The notes: generated from the sequence alone by a model not told the origin. 32,000 bases of DNA from Geopsychrobacteraceae bacterium (GCA_963677215.1 OY781919.1:2701138-2733137); one strand, 5' to 3'. Shown: positions 9,342 to 19,472, numbered from the stretch's first letter. Numbers and translations: made by a program.

Positions 9342-10684
9342 AAGCCAGACTACCCCTCATTGTCATTATTCTGATTGCACTGTTCGGCTTGACCGGAGCC
9401 AAGGTCGTTGCGCTCTGGCCACAGCAGGACCACGTTCTTCTGGAGCATGGTTTACCCCGCACCGATGCCCCGGATTTTTCTCCCTTGGAAGAGGATGCCT
9501 CTCGTCAAAATGCACTGATGGCTCGTCTTGATGGGCGTCTCAAGGAGAATCCTGAAGATTATGAGGCCAGCCTGCTTCGCGGTCTGCTGCTGTTTCAGCG
9601 TGGCGAGCTTGAGTCGGCGATTGCCGAACTGCGCAGCCTGGTTACGCGGGCTCCTAAATTTCAGCTGGCCCATCTGGTGCTTGGTGATCTGCTCAGTGCT
9701 CGCTTTGACCAGGTTGACTCTTTGGGGATCCGGGCTCTGGCCGGCGAGCTTGACGGTCAGCAGGAACAGCGCATTGAGCAGTTGCAGAACGAAGCGCGGG
9801 CGAGAATTCAGGGCTACCTGGCATTGGTCGAGGGGGTCGAGGTGCCGAAGGCTTTGACCAGCCTGAGCTCATCCGTTGCCTATGCGCTGATTGTCGACAA
9901 GAGCAAAAATCGGCTCTATGTCTACCGCAATGCAGGCCCCGGCCTGCCGCCTGAACTGGTTGACGATTTCTACATCGTGTTAGGTAAAAAACCGGGGAAC
10001 AAGCAGCAGGAGGGGGACCTGAAAACCCCCGATGGCGTCTATCATGTCACCTCCTATCTGCCGGATGCAAAGTTGCCGCCTCTCTACGGCAGCGGTGCTT
10101 TTCCGACCAATTATCCCAATGCCTTTGATCGTCGCCAGAATAAGAGTGGCAGTGGTATCTGGCTGCATGGAACTGAAAAGTCGCTCTATAGCAGACCGCC
10201 ACTCGACAGTGAGGGGTGTGTTGTTCTGACCAACGAGGAGTTCTTGCGCATCATCCCCTACGTTCAGGTTGGCAAAACCCCGGTAATCATCTCGGAGAAG
10301 GTTGTCTGGATCTCCAGTAGTGAATGGTTGCGACAGAATATTGAAATTCAGGCGGTTCTGGAAGCCTGGCGTCAGAGTTGGGAAGAGGCCGATACTGATG
10401 TCTATCTGGATAAATATGCCAGGGACTTCTGGTCCGGTCGTTACGATCGTGAAAGCTGGTCGCACTATAAAAAGCAGGTTTTTTCAGGCAAGACCTATCA
10501 GAAGATCGCTCTGAATGATGTTTCCATTCTGAGTTATCCGGCCAGCGAGCTCTATCCCGAGATGAAACTGGTCAGTTTTGTTCAGAATTACCAGTCGAAC
10601 AATTTCAGCGGGACAGTTGCCAAGCAGCTTTATCTGGTCAAACGGGGCTCAGACTGGAAAATTCTTTATGAGGGGAATCCCTGA
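9338..10684 (+). CDS. YkuD-domain L,D-transpeptidase/L,D-carboxypeptidase-like protein with N-terminal TPR-like region and C-terminal NTF2-like domain
   Basis: 'YALIVDKSKNRLYVYRN', 'SGIWLHGTEKSLYSRPPLDSEGCVVLTNEEFLRI' (putative catalytic Cys codon 10217-10219). N-terminus is 'EDYEASLLRGLLLFQRGELESAIAELRSLV'; C-terminus is 'AVLEAWRQSWEEADTDVYLDKYARDFWSGRYDRESW'. TTG start overlaps the upstream stop (TTGA, 9338-9341). Confidence 0.85.
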   Translation: MKARLPLIVIILIALFGLTGAKVVALWPQQDHVLLEHGLPRTDAPDFSPLEEDASRQNALMARLDGRLKENPEDYEASLLRGLLLFQRGELESAIAELRSLVTRAPKFQLAHLVLGDLLSARFDQVDSLGIRALAGELDGQQEQRIEQLQNEARARIQGYLALVEGVEVPKALTSLSSSVAYALIVDKSKNRLYVYRNAGPGLPPELVDDFYIVLGKKPGNKQQEGDLKTPDGVYHVTSYLPDAKLPPLYGSGAFPTNYPNAFDRRQNKSGSGIWLHGTEKSLYSRPPLDSEGCVVLTNEEFLRIIPYVQVGKTPVIISEKVVWISSSEWLRQNIEIQAVLEAWRQSWEEADTDVYLDKYARDFWSGRYDRESWSHYKKQVFSGKTYQKIALNDVSILSYPASELYPEMKLVSFVQNYQSNNFSGTVAKQLYLVKRGSDWKILYEGNP

Positions 10685-10691
10685 TCCCGGA

Positions 10692-10892
10692 TCATGCCTG
10701 GGTTTCAAGATCCTGAATCAGTTGCTTAAGGTCCCAGCCATGGTATTCAGCGACAACCTCAAGTTTTTCGAAGAGCATTTCGCAGCAGACGCAGCTCCCT
10801 GATTTTTTGTCGTAGGTCTGAAAAACCTCGAGGGTTTCAGGCCAGTCACTGAGAATGTCGAGCAGGGTCATCTGGGCAGTAATCTCGGGCAT
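10692..10892 (-). CDS. Small DUF1858-like protein with Cys motif (CVCC)
   Basis: 66 aa, 'MTLLDILSDWPETLEVFQTYDKKSGSCVCCEMLFEKLEVVAEYHGWDLKQLIQDLE', resembling the DUF1858 fold (helix, Cys motif, 'L..va..hg.dl..li.dL'). It converges with the upstream YkuD gene. Confidence 0.7.
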   Translation of the reverse strand: MPEITAQMTLLDILSDWPETLEVFQTYDKKSGSCVCCEMLFEKLEVVAEYHGWDLKQLIQDLETQA

Positions 10893-11044
10893 CCTTGTCC
10901 TCCTGAAAAAGATTTCATTTTAATCCCGAACCGGCTGTACTCAAGCAACGCTTGGGGCGGCAGTGGCGAGGCGAAAAGCAATTGACAGAATCAACTTAAC
11001 TATGATTCCCTAGACCGCTATTTGCATCAGCTTCGGATATATTT

Positions 11045-12079
11045 ATGCTTTTGGACGAATTCGATTATGACCTGCCGGAAGAACTGATTGCCCAGTTTCC
11101 TGCAGAGCAACGAGATGCTTCACGACTCATGTGCCTGCAGCGTGATACCGGTTTCGTCTCTTGCAGACAGTTTACAGACATTCCCGATTATTTTAAAGAG
11201 GGGGATGTCCTGGTTTTGAATAATACCAGGGTCATTCCGGCGCGCCTGTTGGGCAGCAAGGCAACCGGCGGCAAGGTCGAGATCCTGTTGGTGCGCCAGG
11301 CCGGAGGGGAGTGCACAAGTGACTGGCTGTGTTTGACAAAATCATCGAAGGCTCTGAAACCGGGAACCAGGATTGTGTTTTCGGAAAATTTTGCGGCGCA
11401 GATCCTTGGTGAGGGAGAACCTCCCTACCGCCTGGTTCGTTTTGAATGCAGCGGAGACCTGTTTTCTGAGTTGGAGAGGATTGGCCACCTGCCTCTTCCG
11501 CCCTATATCAAGAGGGACGACAATCTGCAGGATCAGAACCGTTATCAGACGGTTTTTGCCCGGGAGAAGGGTGCTGTTGCTGCTCCGACGGCCGGGTTGC
11601 ATTTTACCGACGCCATTCTTGACCAGATTCGACGGCGCGGTGTCCAGATCTGCTCCCTGACCCTGCATGTCGGACTCGGGACCTTTCTGCCGGTAAGGGT
11701 TGAAAATGTGGCTGAACACAAGATGCACGCGGAGTATTATTCGATCCCGACTGAAACAGCGGATGCGGTCAATATGGCACATCGTAACGGCGGGCGTGTT
11801 TTTGCCCTGGGAACAACCAGTGCCAGGGCGATGGAAACGGCTGCAACGGAAGACCGACAGCTGCATGCCGGTTCCGGTGACAGTGAAATCTTTATCTATC
11901 CCGGCTATGAATTCAAGGTTGTCGATGCTCTGGTGACAAATTTCCATCTGCCGAAATCGACCCTGCTGATGCTGGTCTCGGCCCTGGCTGGAAAAGACAA
12001 TATCATGGCAGCTTATCGTCGCGCTGTTGAAGAGCGGTACCGTTTTTTCAGTTATGGCGATTGCATGCTGATTATATAA
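11045..12079 (+). CDS. queA: S-adenosylmethionine:tRNA ribosyltransferase-isomerase
   Basis: 'FDYDLPEELIAQFPAEQRDASRLM', 'GAVAAPTAGLHFTDAIL', 'TNFHLPKSTLLMLVSALAG'. Confidence 0.97.
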   Translation: MLLDEFDYDLPEELIAQFPAEQRDASRLMCLQRDTGFVSCRQFTDIPDYFKEGDVLVLNNTRVIPARLLGSKATGGKVEILLVRQAGGECTSDWLCLTKSSKALKPGTRIVFSENFAAQILGEGEPPYRLVRFECSGDLFSELERIGHLPLPPYIKRDDNLQDQNRYQTVFAREKGAVAAPTAGLHFTDAILDQIRRRGVQICSLTLHVGLGTFLPVRVENVAEHKMHAEYYSIPTETADAVNMAHRNGGRVFALGTTSARAMETAATEDRQLHAGSGDSEIFIYPGYEFKVVDALVTNFHLPKSTLLMLVSALAGKDNIMAAYRRAVEERYRFFSYGDCMLII

Positions 12080-12092
12080 AAGATGGAAGTGA

Positions 12093-13214
<1,122 letters not shown>

Positions 13215-13266
13215 GATTAATACTGTTACGGCACTGATGCCGTGACCCCTAATGAAGGAGGATGTA

Positions 13267-13575
13267 ATGGCGACAGAAGCGTTTGCAATGGCGGGAGCCG
13301 CTGCTCAGGGAGGAAACCCCTATCAACCGATTATCATGCTGGTGGCGATGTTTGCCATTTTTTATTTCCTGCTTATCAGACCCCAGCAAAAGCGGGCCAA
13401 GCAGCAGCGTGAGATGATGAACAGCCTGCAACCGGGAGAGAGTGTCGTGACCGCCGGTGGCCTGCACGGCAAGATTACCGCTGTTGAAGAGGGGATTGTC
13501 AGTGTCGAAATCGCCAACGGTGTTGTGATCAAGGTCAATCGTGCCTCGATTTCCGAAGTCAAGAGATCCGCATAA
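13267..13575 (+). CDS. yajC: Preprotein translocase subunit YajC
   Basis: 'IIMLVAMFAIFYFLLIRPQQKRAKQQREMMNSLQPGESVVTAGGLHGKI'. ATG 13267 is preceded by GGAGG; sits upstream of secD/secF. Confidence 0.95.
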   Translation: MATEAFAMAGAAAQGGNPYQPIIMLVAMFAIFYFLLIRPQQKRAKQQREMMNSLQPGESVVTAGGLHGKITAVEEGIVSVEIANGVVIKVNRASISEVKRSA

Positions 13576-13620
13576 TCGATACCACTCATATATCTCATCG
13601 ATACATTCAGGGAGATCTAG

Positions 13621-15216
13621 ATGTCTAACAGTCTGAAACTCAGGAGTATACTGGTTGTTCTCTGTATTCTTCTGGCCATTTTTGCCATAGCGCCTACTGT
13701 CATGCGCGGCAGCCTGCCGCAATGGTGGACCGATACCGTCGGGCCGATCCAACTGGGTCTCGATCTTCAGGGGGGGATGCACCTGGTTCTTGGCGTTGAT
13801 GCCGACAAAGCTGTTGAGAGCCGGATCGACACGGTCATTGACCAGCTCGAAAACGATCTGCGTGAAAAGGATATCATCTTCAAGCGGATCGAACGTCAGG
13901 GGGACCGTCTTGCCGTTATCGTCTATGACGATCAGGAAGGTGCCAAGATTGATGCCCTGATGGCCGATCAGTTTCCTAGTCTGGAAGGGGAAACCCTGAC
14001 CGGTACTGGTGGATATGTTGAAAAACACTATCGTCTGAGCGACAACGAGATCGAAAATATCAAGGACTATGCCGTTCGCCAGGCGCTTGAAACCATGCGC
14101 AACCGGGTCGATCAGTTCGGCGTCAGTGAGCCGACTCTGCAGCGTCAAAGCGGTAACCGCATCCTGATCCAGCTTCCTGGTGTCGAGGATCCTGAGCGTG
14201 CCATCGCACTGCTCGGCAAGACTGCGCGCCTTGAATTCAAGATGGTCGATGAGACCGCCAATCTGCAGGACGCCGTTGCCGGCAATCTCAAACCGGGAAC
14301 CCAGCTGCTCTATGAGCGTAATGTCAACAAGGCGACCGGCGGAGTCACCGAGACCCCTCTGGTAGTTTTTGACAAGACCGCACTGACCGGTGATCTGCTT
14401 GCCGATGCCAATGTGCGTATCGATACCCGCTTCAACGAGCCCTATGTCGCTATCGATTTCAATGCCGTTGGAGCCAAGCGCTTCGATCAGATTACTGCCG
14501 CAAATGTCGGTAAGCGGATGGCCATTGTCCTGGACGACACCGTCTACTCGGCACCAGTTATTCGTGAGCGGATCTCCGGCGGCAGTGCTCAGATTTCAGG
14601 TTCCTTTACCTCGCAGGAAGCGACCGACCTGGCGATTGTCCTGCGTGCCGGTTCTTTGCCTGCGCCGGTCAAGATTCTTGAAAACCGCACCGTCGGACCG
14701 TCCCTTGGACAGGATTCGATCGACCGCGGCATCAAGTCGATCTGGGTCGGAGGTCTCCTGGTCATTCTGGCTATTCTCGTCTATTATCAGCTGTCCGGCG
14801 TCGTTGCCGTTGTCGCCCTGGTTCTCAATATCGTCTTTATTACGGCGCTTCTGTCTCTCTTTGGTGCGACCCTGACCCTTCCGGGTCTGGCCGGTATCGT
14901 TCTGACCGTCGGTATGGCTGTTGATGCCAACGTACTGATCTTTGAGCGGGTTCGTGAAGAATTGCGCCTTGGTCGGGCACCGAAGCTGGCCCTTGATTCA
15001 GGTTACAGCAAAGCGTTCTTGACCATTATCGATGCCAATATAACCACCCTGATCGCCGCTCTGGTTCTTTTTCAGTTCGGAACCGGCCCGGTCCGCGGTT
15101 TTGCCGTCACTCTGTCGATCGGTATTATTGCGTCGCTGTTTACCGCTATCTTTGTCTCTCGTGTAATTTTTGATCTGTTCTTGACTGGCCGCGACATCAA
15201 GCGGCTGAGTATATAA
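13621..15216 (+). CDS. secD: Protein translocase subunit SecD
   Basis: 'IQLGLDLQGGMHLVLGVD', 'VRAGSLPAPVKILENRTVGPSLGQDSI', 'LPGLAGIVLTVGMAVDANVLIFERVREEL'. Confidence 0.97.
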   Translation: MSNSLKLRSILVVLCILLAIFAIAPTVMRGSLPQWWTDTVGPIQLGLDLQGGMHLVLGVDADKAVESRIDTVIDQLENDLREKDIIFKRIERQGDRLAVIVYDDQEGAKIDALMADQFPSLEGETLTGTGGYVEKHYRLSDNEIENIKDYAVRQALETMRNRVDQFGVSEPTLQRQSGNRILIQLPGVEDPERAIALLGKTARLEFKMVDETANLQDAVAGNLKPGTQLLYERNVNKATGGVTETPLVVFDKTALTGDLLADANVRIDTRFNEPYVAIDFNAVGAKRFDQITAANVGKRMAIVLDDTVYSAPVIRERISGGSAQISGSFTSQEATDLAIVLRAGSLPAPVKILENRTVGPSLGQDSIDRGIKSIWVGGLLVILAILVYYQLSGVVAVVALVLNIVFITALLSLFGATLTLPGLAGIVLTVGMAVDANVLIFERVREELRLGRAPKLALDSGYSKAFLTIIDANITTLIAALVLFQFGTGPVRGFAVTLSIGIIASLFTAIFVSRVIFDLFLTGRDIKRLSI

Positions 15217-15231
15217 GGAGGCTGAGCGGAA

Positions 15232-16146
15232 ATGCAGCTGATCAAACCAGATGTCAATTTCGATTTTGTTGGCAAGCGTAAAGCCGCCATCATACTTTCC
15301 GTGGTCCTGATTCTGATCGGGATCGTCTCTCTCATTGTCAAGGGCGGTCCAGATTACGGTGTCGATTTCGCCGGCGGTACCCTGATCCAGGTCAAGTTTG
15401 AGCAGGCGACAGCGCCGGCTGAAATCAAGCAGGCGATTGCCGATCTCAACCTCGGCAGTCCGGTGGTCCAGACCTTTGGCGAGAGCCAGAGCGAATACCT
15501 GATTCGTGTTGAACAGACCACCGCCGAGCTTGAAGGCCTGGCTCAGAAGGTTCAGGCTGACCTGGAAAAAACCTTTGGAACCGGCAAGGTCGATATCCGC
15601 CGGGTCGAAATGGTCGGTCCGCAGGTCGGTAAGGATCTCCGCAGCAAGGGGTTGCAGGCGATCCTCTATGCCATGATCGGGATCCTGATCTACATCTCCT
15701 GGCGTTTTGAATTCCGATTCGCCATCGGAGCGATTGTCGCCCTGGTGCATGACGTGCTGATCACCCTCGGCATGTTCAGTGTCTTTGGCAAGGAGATCGA
15801 TCTGCCGATCATCGCGGCGTTCCTGGCGATTATCGGCTACTCGCTGAACGATACCATCATTGTCTATGACCGGATTCGCGAGAATATGGCCAAGCACAAC
15901 AAGGAGAGCTTCTCGTTCATCGTCAACCGCAGTGTCAACGAGACCCTGTCCCGAACCTTGCTGACCTCCGGTACGACCTTGCTGGTTGTCCTGGCCCTGT
16001 TTATACTTGGGGGTGGGGTCATTCACAACTTTGCTTTTGCGATGCTGGTCGGGGTCATCGTCGGTACCTACTCCTCGATCTTTGTTGCCAGCCCGCTCCT
16101 GATCTTCTGGCAGCAGAAAAAAGCGAAGAAGGTCACTGCGTCCTGA
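15232..16146 (+). CDS. secF: Protein translocase subunit SecF
   Basis: 'GVDFAGGTLIQVKFEQ', 'IIGYSLNDTIIVYDRIRENMAKHNKESFSFIVNRSVNETLSRTLLTSGTTLLVVLALFILGGGVIHNFAFAMLVGVIVGTYSSIFVASPLL'. Confidence 0.97.
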   Translation: MQLIKPDVNFDFVGKRKAAIILSVVLILIGIVSLIVKGGPDYGVDFAGGTLIQVKFEQATAPAEIKQAIADLNLGSPVVQTFGESQSEYLIRVEQTTAELEGLAQKVQADLEKTFGTGKVDIRRVEMVGPQVGKDLRSKGLQAILYAMIGILIYISWRFEFRFAIGAIVALVHDVLITLGMFSVFGKEIDLPIIAAFLAIIGYSLNDTIIVYDRIRENMAKHNKESFSFIVNRSVNETLSRTLLTSGTTLLVVLALFILGGGVIHNFAFAMLVGVIVGTYSSIFVASPLLIFWQQKKAKKVTAS

Positions 16147-16159
16147 TAAGGGAGCTGTC

Positions 16160-16735
16160 ATGAAAAAAGAAACGGTTCTGCTGGTTGTCGTCGTCCTGAT
16201 CGCCGGAATTCTGATCGGTGTGATCGTTTCGAACATGCATAAAGATAAAGGGCGGCCGTCGCCGGCTCCGGGTAGTACGCCGGCGGCGATTGTCGATCAT
16301 CAGCAACGGATCACTACGCTTGAAGAGATCGTTGCCAAGGAACCGAAGAACCGCAATGCCTGGGTTCAGCTTGGTCACAACTTCTTCGATTCCGACCAGC
16401 CGATGAAGGCGATCGATGCCTATGACAAGGCCCTGGCGCTTGACGGCAGGGACCCGGATGTCCTGACCGATCAGGGGATCATGTTTCGCCGGGTCGGCTG
16501 GTATGATCGGGCGATCGCCAACTTCATCAAGGCTAATGAGGTCAGCCCCGGCCATCAGCAAAGTCTGTACAATCTGGGGATCGTCTACAGATATGATCTC
16601 AAGGATTTTGCCAAAGCGGCACAGGCCTGGGAGCGCCTGCTTGAGCTCGACCCGAACGGCCCCAATGCATCACAGCTTAAGGCCGAAGTTGAATTCCTCA
16701 AGACTCATGCGCAACTGGCCCAACCCCAACAATGA
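16160..16735 (+). CDS. Membrane-anchored TPR protein
   Basis: N-terminal TM helix 'VLLVVVVLIAGILIGVIVS' followed by tandem TPRs 'NRNAWVQLGHNFFDSDQPMKAIDAYDKALALDGRDPDVLTDQGIMFRRVGWYDRAIANFIKANEVSPGHQQSLYNLGIVY'. Confidence 0.85.
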   Translation: MKKETVLLVVVVLIAGILIGVIVSNMHKDKGRPSPAPGSTPAAIVDHQQRITTLEEIVAKEPKNRNAWVQLGHNFFDSDQPMKAIDAYDKALALDGRDPDVLTDQGIMFRRVGWYDRAIANFIKANEVSPGHQQSLYNLGIVYRYDLKDFAKAAQAWERLLELDPNGPNASQLKAEVEFLKTHAQLAQPQQ

Positions 16736-16738
16736 GAT

Positions 16739-16767
16739 GAAGCCGGGCTTTGCCCCGGCTTTTTTTC
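16739..16767 (+). terminator. Intrinsic terminator between TPR gene and recJ
   Basis: AAGCCGGG-CTTTGC-CCCGGCT followed by TTTTTTC. Confidence 0.8.
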
Positions 16768-16779
16768 TTGGATGAAAAG

Positions 16780-18489
16780 ATGCAGCCTATCTCCCACAGA
16801 CGCTGGCAATTGCGCCAGACTGAACCAAGACCAGAACTGGTCAACGAACTGGCCACGCGCCTGCGGATCAATCCTCTGACGGCGCAGATTATGGCGTTAC
16901 GCGGGATCTGCGATGCGGACAGCGGCGAAGAGTTCCTGCACGCTAACCTGAGCCGTCTGCCCGATCCCGATCTGCTGCCTGACATGAACATTGCCTGTCA
17001 GCGGATTGAACAGGCCTTATCACGCGGTGAGCGGATCGCTATTCATGGCGATTATGACGTCGATGGCATTACTGGCTGCTCTCTGCTGGTCGAGGTGCTG
17101 CGCAAGCTTGGCGCAGATGTCGATTATCATATTCCGTTACGTCTGGTCGATGGCTACGGTCTTTCGGCCGAGGCTCTGCGTCAGGCCGCTAAACATGGCT
17201 GCAGCCTGGCCATTTCGGTTGACTGTGGGGTCAGTGCCGTGGCTGAAGCAGAATTGGCGGCCGAGCTTGGTCTCGATCTGATCATCACCGATCACCATCA
17301 GCCGCCGGAGCTTCTGCCCCGGTGTCTGGCCCTGATCAATCCGCATCTGCCGGGCTGTCGTTTCCCCTGGCGGGATCTCTCCGGAGTTGGCGTCGCCTTC
17401 TTCCTGCTTGCAGGACTGCGTCGCCGGTTGCGGGAAAGCGGTTATTTTCATAATCGCTCAGAACCGGACCTGCGTCAGAGCCTTGATCTGGTCGCACTCG
17501 GAACAATTGCCGATATCGTTCCTTTGGGCGGGGTGAATCGGATTCTGACCCGCAGCGGCCTGCAACTGATGGAACGGGACAGTCGACCGGGGATCAGTGC
17601 CCTCAAGCAGGTAGCCGATGTCAAACAGGTGACCAGCGGGGTGGTCGGTTTCAGATTGGCACCGCGTCTGAACGCCGCAGGCCGCCTGGAAGATGCCGCT
17701 CTGGGGGTGCAGCTGCTGCTCAACGAGGAAGAGGATCTATCCGGACTCGCGAGTCTGCTCGACGGCTTCAACCGTGAACGCCAGCAGCTTGAGCAGAAGA
17801 CCTTGCAGGAAGCCTGTCGCAAGGTTGAAGAAGAAATTTCCGATGACAGCTTCAGCATCGTTCTGGCCGGCGAAGACTGGCACCCTGGTGTCATCGGTAT
17901 TGTCGCCAGCCGCCTGGTGGAGCGCTACCATCGTCCGGTTGTCATGCTTGCCGTCGATGGTGATCAGGTTAAAGGGTCGGCCCGTTCGATCAAGGGGTTC
18001 CATCTGCATCGTGGTCTGCAAGAGTGCGCCGGGCAGCTCAGCGCGTTTGGCGGTCATGAGATGGCGGCCGGCATGGCGCTGAAAAAAGGCAACATCGACA
18101 TGTTCAGAAACAGCTTCGAGCTGGCCTGTCGCAGTCAGCTGCAGGCGGATGACCTGGTTCCGGTTGTGCTTCATGATGGCGAGGTCGAGCTTGAGCAGAT
18201 CACCCGGGAATGGCTTGCTGAACTTGAGCTTCTCAACCCCTGTGGAGCGGGAAATCCCCAGCCTGCTTTTCTAAGCGTCCGCTGCCGGGTTCTTGATGCA
18301 CGTATTTTAGCTGAGAAGCATCTCAAGTTCAGTGTCGAACAAGAGGGCGCACGGGTTGATTGCATTGCCTTTGGCATGGCTGAACGCTATGCAGAACTGT
18401 CAGGCTGCGTAGATTTGTTATATCGTCCCGGCCTGAACACCTGGCGCGGAACAACATCAATTCAGCTACAGGTCACAGATTTTCATTGA
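16780..18489 (+). CDS. recJ: Single-stranded-DNA-specific exonuclease RecJ
   Basis: 'IAIHGDYDVDGITGCSLLVEVL', 'LIITDHHQPPELLPRCLALINPHLPGC', 'DLVALGTIADIVPLGGVNR', 'GGHEMAAGMAL'. Start site uncertain (16780 assumed). Confidence 0.95.
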   Translation: MQPISHRRWQLRQTEPRPELVNELATRLRINPLTAQIMALRGICDADSGEEFLHANLSRLPDPDLLPDMNIACQRIEQALSRGERIAIHGDYDVDGITGCSLLVEVLRKLGADVDYHIPLRLVDGYGLSAEALRQAAKHGCSLAISVDCGVSAVAEAELAAELGLDLIITDHHQPPELLPRCLALINPHLPGCRFPWRDLSGVGVAFFLLAGLRRRLRESGYFHNRSEPDLRQSLDLVALGTIADIVPLGGVNRILTRSGLQLMERDSRPGISALKQVADVKQVTSGVVGFRLAPRLNAAGRLEDAALGVQLLLNEEEDLSGLASLLDGFNRERQQLEQKTLQEACRKVEEEISDDSFSIVLAGEDWHPGVIGIVASRLVERYHRPVVMLAVDGDQVKGSARSIKGFHLHRGLQECAGQLSAFGGHEMAAGMALKKGNIDMFRNSFELACRSQLQADDLVPVVLHDGEVELEQITREWLAELELLNPCGAGNPQPAFLSVRCRVLDARILAEKHLKFSVEQEGARVDCIAFGMAERYAELSGCVDLLYRPGLNTWRGTTSIQLQVTDFH

Positions 18490-18494
18490 TTGGT

Positions 18495-19472
18495 ATGACT
18501 ATGGAAGAGACAGATCTTTTAGCGCAACTTGCCGCCAAGCTGGCGTGTAAAGCCGAGATCGGGGCTGTCCTGGCTGAGCACAACAGCTGGAAAATCGGTG
18601 GCCGGGCCGATCTGCTGATCGAACCGGAGAACATCGCTCAGGTCGCTGAAGCCGTGCGGCTGGTGCGTGATTCCGGGTTGCCGCTACTGGTGGTCGGGCA
18701 GGGAACCAACCTGCTGTTTGACGATGCCGGTGTCCGCGGTGTAGTCATGAAGCTGGGAGAACGTTTTTCGGCAATCCGCTTTGACGGTCAGGACATTTAT
18801 GCGCAAGCCGGGGCCTGGGTGCCGCAACTCGCCCGGTTGGCGATGAAGCAGGGCCTCGCCGGTCTTGAACACTGCATCGGTATTCCGGGAACATTGGGTG
18901 GTCTGGTTGCCATGAATGGCGGCAGTCAGCGTCACGCCATTGGTGAAAATATTGTCAGGGTGACAGTTGTCGACCCGCAGGGGAATATTGTCGCGCTCAG
19001 CAATGAGCAGTGTCATTTCAGTTACCGGCACAGTGCTTTGCAAGAGACCGGGCAGATCGTCGTTGCCGCGCAACTGTATTGCCCGCAGGCGGTCGTAACT
19101 CAGGTACGCCGGGAGATGCTTAACGATCTGCGCACCAGGCGGACAAAATTCCCGCGCAAGGAGCCGAACTGCGGCTCGGTTTTCTTAAGTACCAGTGAGA
19201 TGCACGCGACCGTCGGACCGCCGGGCAAGATCATTGAAGAGGCGGGTCTCAAGGGAGAACGCTGTGGCCAGGCCCAGGTCTCGCACAAGCACGCCAACTT
19301 CATTGTCAATCTCGGTGGCGCCAGTTCCCGCGATGTCCTCTGTCTGATCGCTCGAATCCGGACCCTCATCCGGGAACGGATCGGTTTCGACCTCTGTTGT
19401 GAGGTCCGCTACGTCAGTCCCGCCTGCGAAGTGATGTCCGCTCACAAAAAAGCGGATGAACTCTGTGATTGA
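18495..19472 (+). CDS. murB: UDP-N-acetylmuramate dehydrogenase
   Basis: 'NSWKIGGRADLLIEPEN', 'LLVVGQGTNLLFDDAGVRGVVMKLG', 'IPGTLGGLVAMNGGSQRHAIGENI', 'FRYSHRALQ', 'GSVFLSTSE', 'KHANFIVNLGGASSRDV'. Confidence 0.95.
   Translation: MTMEETDLLAQLAAKLACKAEIGAVLAEHNSWKIGGRADLLIEPENIAQVAEAVRLVRDSGLPLLVVGQGTNLLFDDAGVRGVVMKLGERFSAIRFDGQDIYAQAGAWVPQLARLAMKQGLAGLEHCIGIPGTLGGLVAMNGGSQRHAIGENIVRVTVVDPQGNIVALSNEQCHFSYRHSALQETGQIVVAAQLYCPQAVVTQVRREMLNDLRTRRTKFPRKEPNCGSVFLSTSEMHATVGPPGKIIEEAGLKGERCGQAQVSHKHANFIVNLGGASSRDVLCLIARIRTLIRERIGFDLCCEVRYVSPACEVMSAHKKADELCD

Noticed and set aside
10893-11044. TTGACA in the queA upstream region as a promoter
   Set aside because: The hexamer is consensus, but the nearest -10-like TATGAT is only ~13 bp away and no good -10 lies at 16-18 bp, so I do not call it.
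13228-13243. ACGGCA-CTGA-TGCCGT hairpin between tgt and yajC as a terminator
   Set aside because: Short 6-bp stem with no T-tract, inside a known co-transcribed queA-tgt-yajC-secDF arrangement.
14998-16236. 412-aa minus-strand ORF antisense to secD/secF
   Set aside because: Low-complexity Asp/Arg/Gln-rich translation opposite confident secDF; mirror-frame artefact.
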